DNA from: Camelus dromedarius
Taxonomy: Eukaryota
Assembly (NCBI RefSeq): GCF_036321535.1
Contig: NC_087436.1
Coordinates: 59,212,001-59,276,000 of the forward strand
Direction: 5' to 3'
Length of the DNA: 64,000 nucleotides
The stretch's first letter is position 1; the number at the start of each line of letters is the position of its first letter. Both the position numbers and the translations under genes were made by a program. Below are positions 62,891-64,000 of this stretch, piece by piece. The notes beneath the pieces are model-generated. The model did no database searches. It worked only from the letters and a program-made list of their open reading frames with translations, and had not been told where the DNA came from.

Positions 62891-64000
62891 TGCCATTATT
62901 TTCTTACACACATTTCTTTGTCTCTAGCTACACTGCAGGCTTTATGGCCATCAGACCACATTAAGACCCTTGCATATGGTCTCCCTCTGCCCGCTCTCTG
63001 GCATCTAACATGAACAGAGACTGACTTGGTTGATTTGGATACATTTTGTTTTTTTAGAACATCTTTTGAAACAGATGGCAAGACTTTTTTTGTAGGCTAG
63101 AATTTATATTTTTTAAATGCTAGTAATAAATAGGTAGAAACTATTCAGAAGGAAGTACTAGTAACTGCTTCCAATTCTAGAGGCTGTCTGCATTATTTGT
63201 GGCACTACCTGTAAAATAAATTCCTTAACCTCATAAGCTTTATGTTAGAAACTAACTTCAAGCCTATTCTTTGGATAAGAAGAAATATGGATCCCTTCAA
63301 CCTATTTTTGCTAAACGAACCTCTGATTATCACATTCCTAATGATGCCTGCATTCTTTCTCCATCATCAACCAAACCCTACTCTAGTGTATTTGGGGGGG
63401 GGGGGAGGATGCTTTAGCATGTTTTTCCAAAGGAATAAAAAAGAGCATATACATTATTACTCCATTTAAAACTGTTACATATTCTAGTATAAAAGTACAA
63501 ATAGAATGTTATCCTAATTTTCAGTAAATTTTTAGTAGCCACACCTATACATTTTTATTTACTTGAAAAATCTTATATCTTAAGAAGCTGACACTAATAT
63601 TGCTCCCAAAAATCTGTGGCCTTTCTAGCTGCCTTTCCGTTCTATGTAAATTATTTATCTACTGCTAACACCAGCTGTTTTATTGTCACAGCACTTGAAG
63701 TAGACCTACTGCTGTAAATTGGTTGTGTATGTTTTGATTTTATATGCTTGGCTTCTTTCTGGTGGTTTACTGGATGTCCTAAAGGTAATGTGCAGGCTCC
63801 TTCTCTCTTAATGCATTTCTCTTAACCTACAAAATCAAGGCTTGAAACTATCTCAAAACACTGAAATTTTTTACAGCACTTAATAATCATCATTTGCTTG
63901 TAAATATTTTGAAAATTTAAAAAAAGAGTCAATCAGTGATTATTTCATAAGCACCACTATTCTCCCAAAGCTATGCTTGCAAATCTACATGGGAAACAAA

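Noticed and set aside
458..63469. ORF-track ORFs (60-126 aa) as protein-coding genes
   Set aside because: They are short, many start at non-ATG codons, and they are either L1/LTR/microsatellite-derived or low-complexity F/L/I-rich translations of AT-rich DNA. None resembles a cellular protein I recognise.
63650..63826. Minus-strand exon after ttttgtag
   Set aside because: All three frames from that acceptor hit early stops, and no good donor was found.
1..64000. CRISPR arrays, prokaryotic operons, NUMT, rRNA/snRNA copies, processed pseudogenes
   Set aside because: I saw no regularly spaced repeat-spacer array or long ORFs, and no recognisable mitochondrial, U6, 7SK or mRNA-derived sequence by eye.

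Overview
AT-rich, CpG-poor mammalian genomic DNA with no protein-coding gene that I can recognise. It is most likely a large intron or an intergenic region. It is dominated by decayed transposable elements: LINE-1 fragments of several ages, L2, MIR, MaLR/ERV solo LTRs, and Tigger- and hAT-type DNA transposons, plus microsatellites. Four tRNA-Ala-derived SINEs resemble the camelid Vic-1 family, and I saw no Alu, BovB/Bov-A, PRE-1 or Can-SINE, which points to a camelid genome (inference). The ORF track is explained by L1 remnants, simple repeats and chance. The most notable structure is TE nesting with readable target-site duplications (TSDs): an old L1 carrying five insertions (6.1-10.9 kb), three L1-in-L1 insertions, and seven solo LTRs in about 6 kb including a three-level LTR nest. 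L1 sequence is strongly biased to the + strand, which may indicate a host gene on the minus strand; two phase-compatible minus-strand exon candidates are reported at low confidence. I found no convincing novel biological system. All repeat family names come from my recall of consensus sequences, not from a database search.
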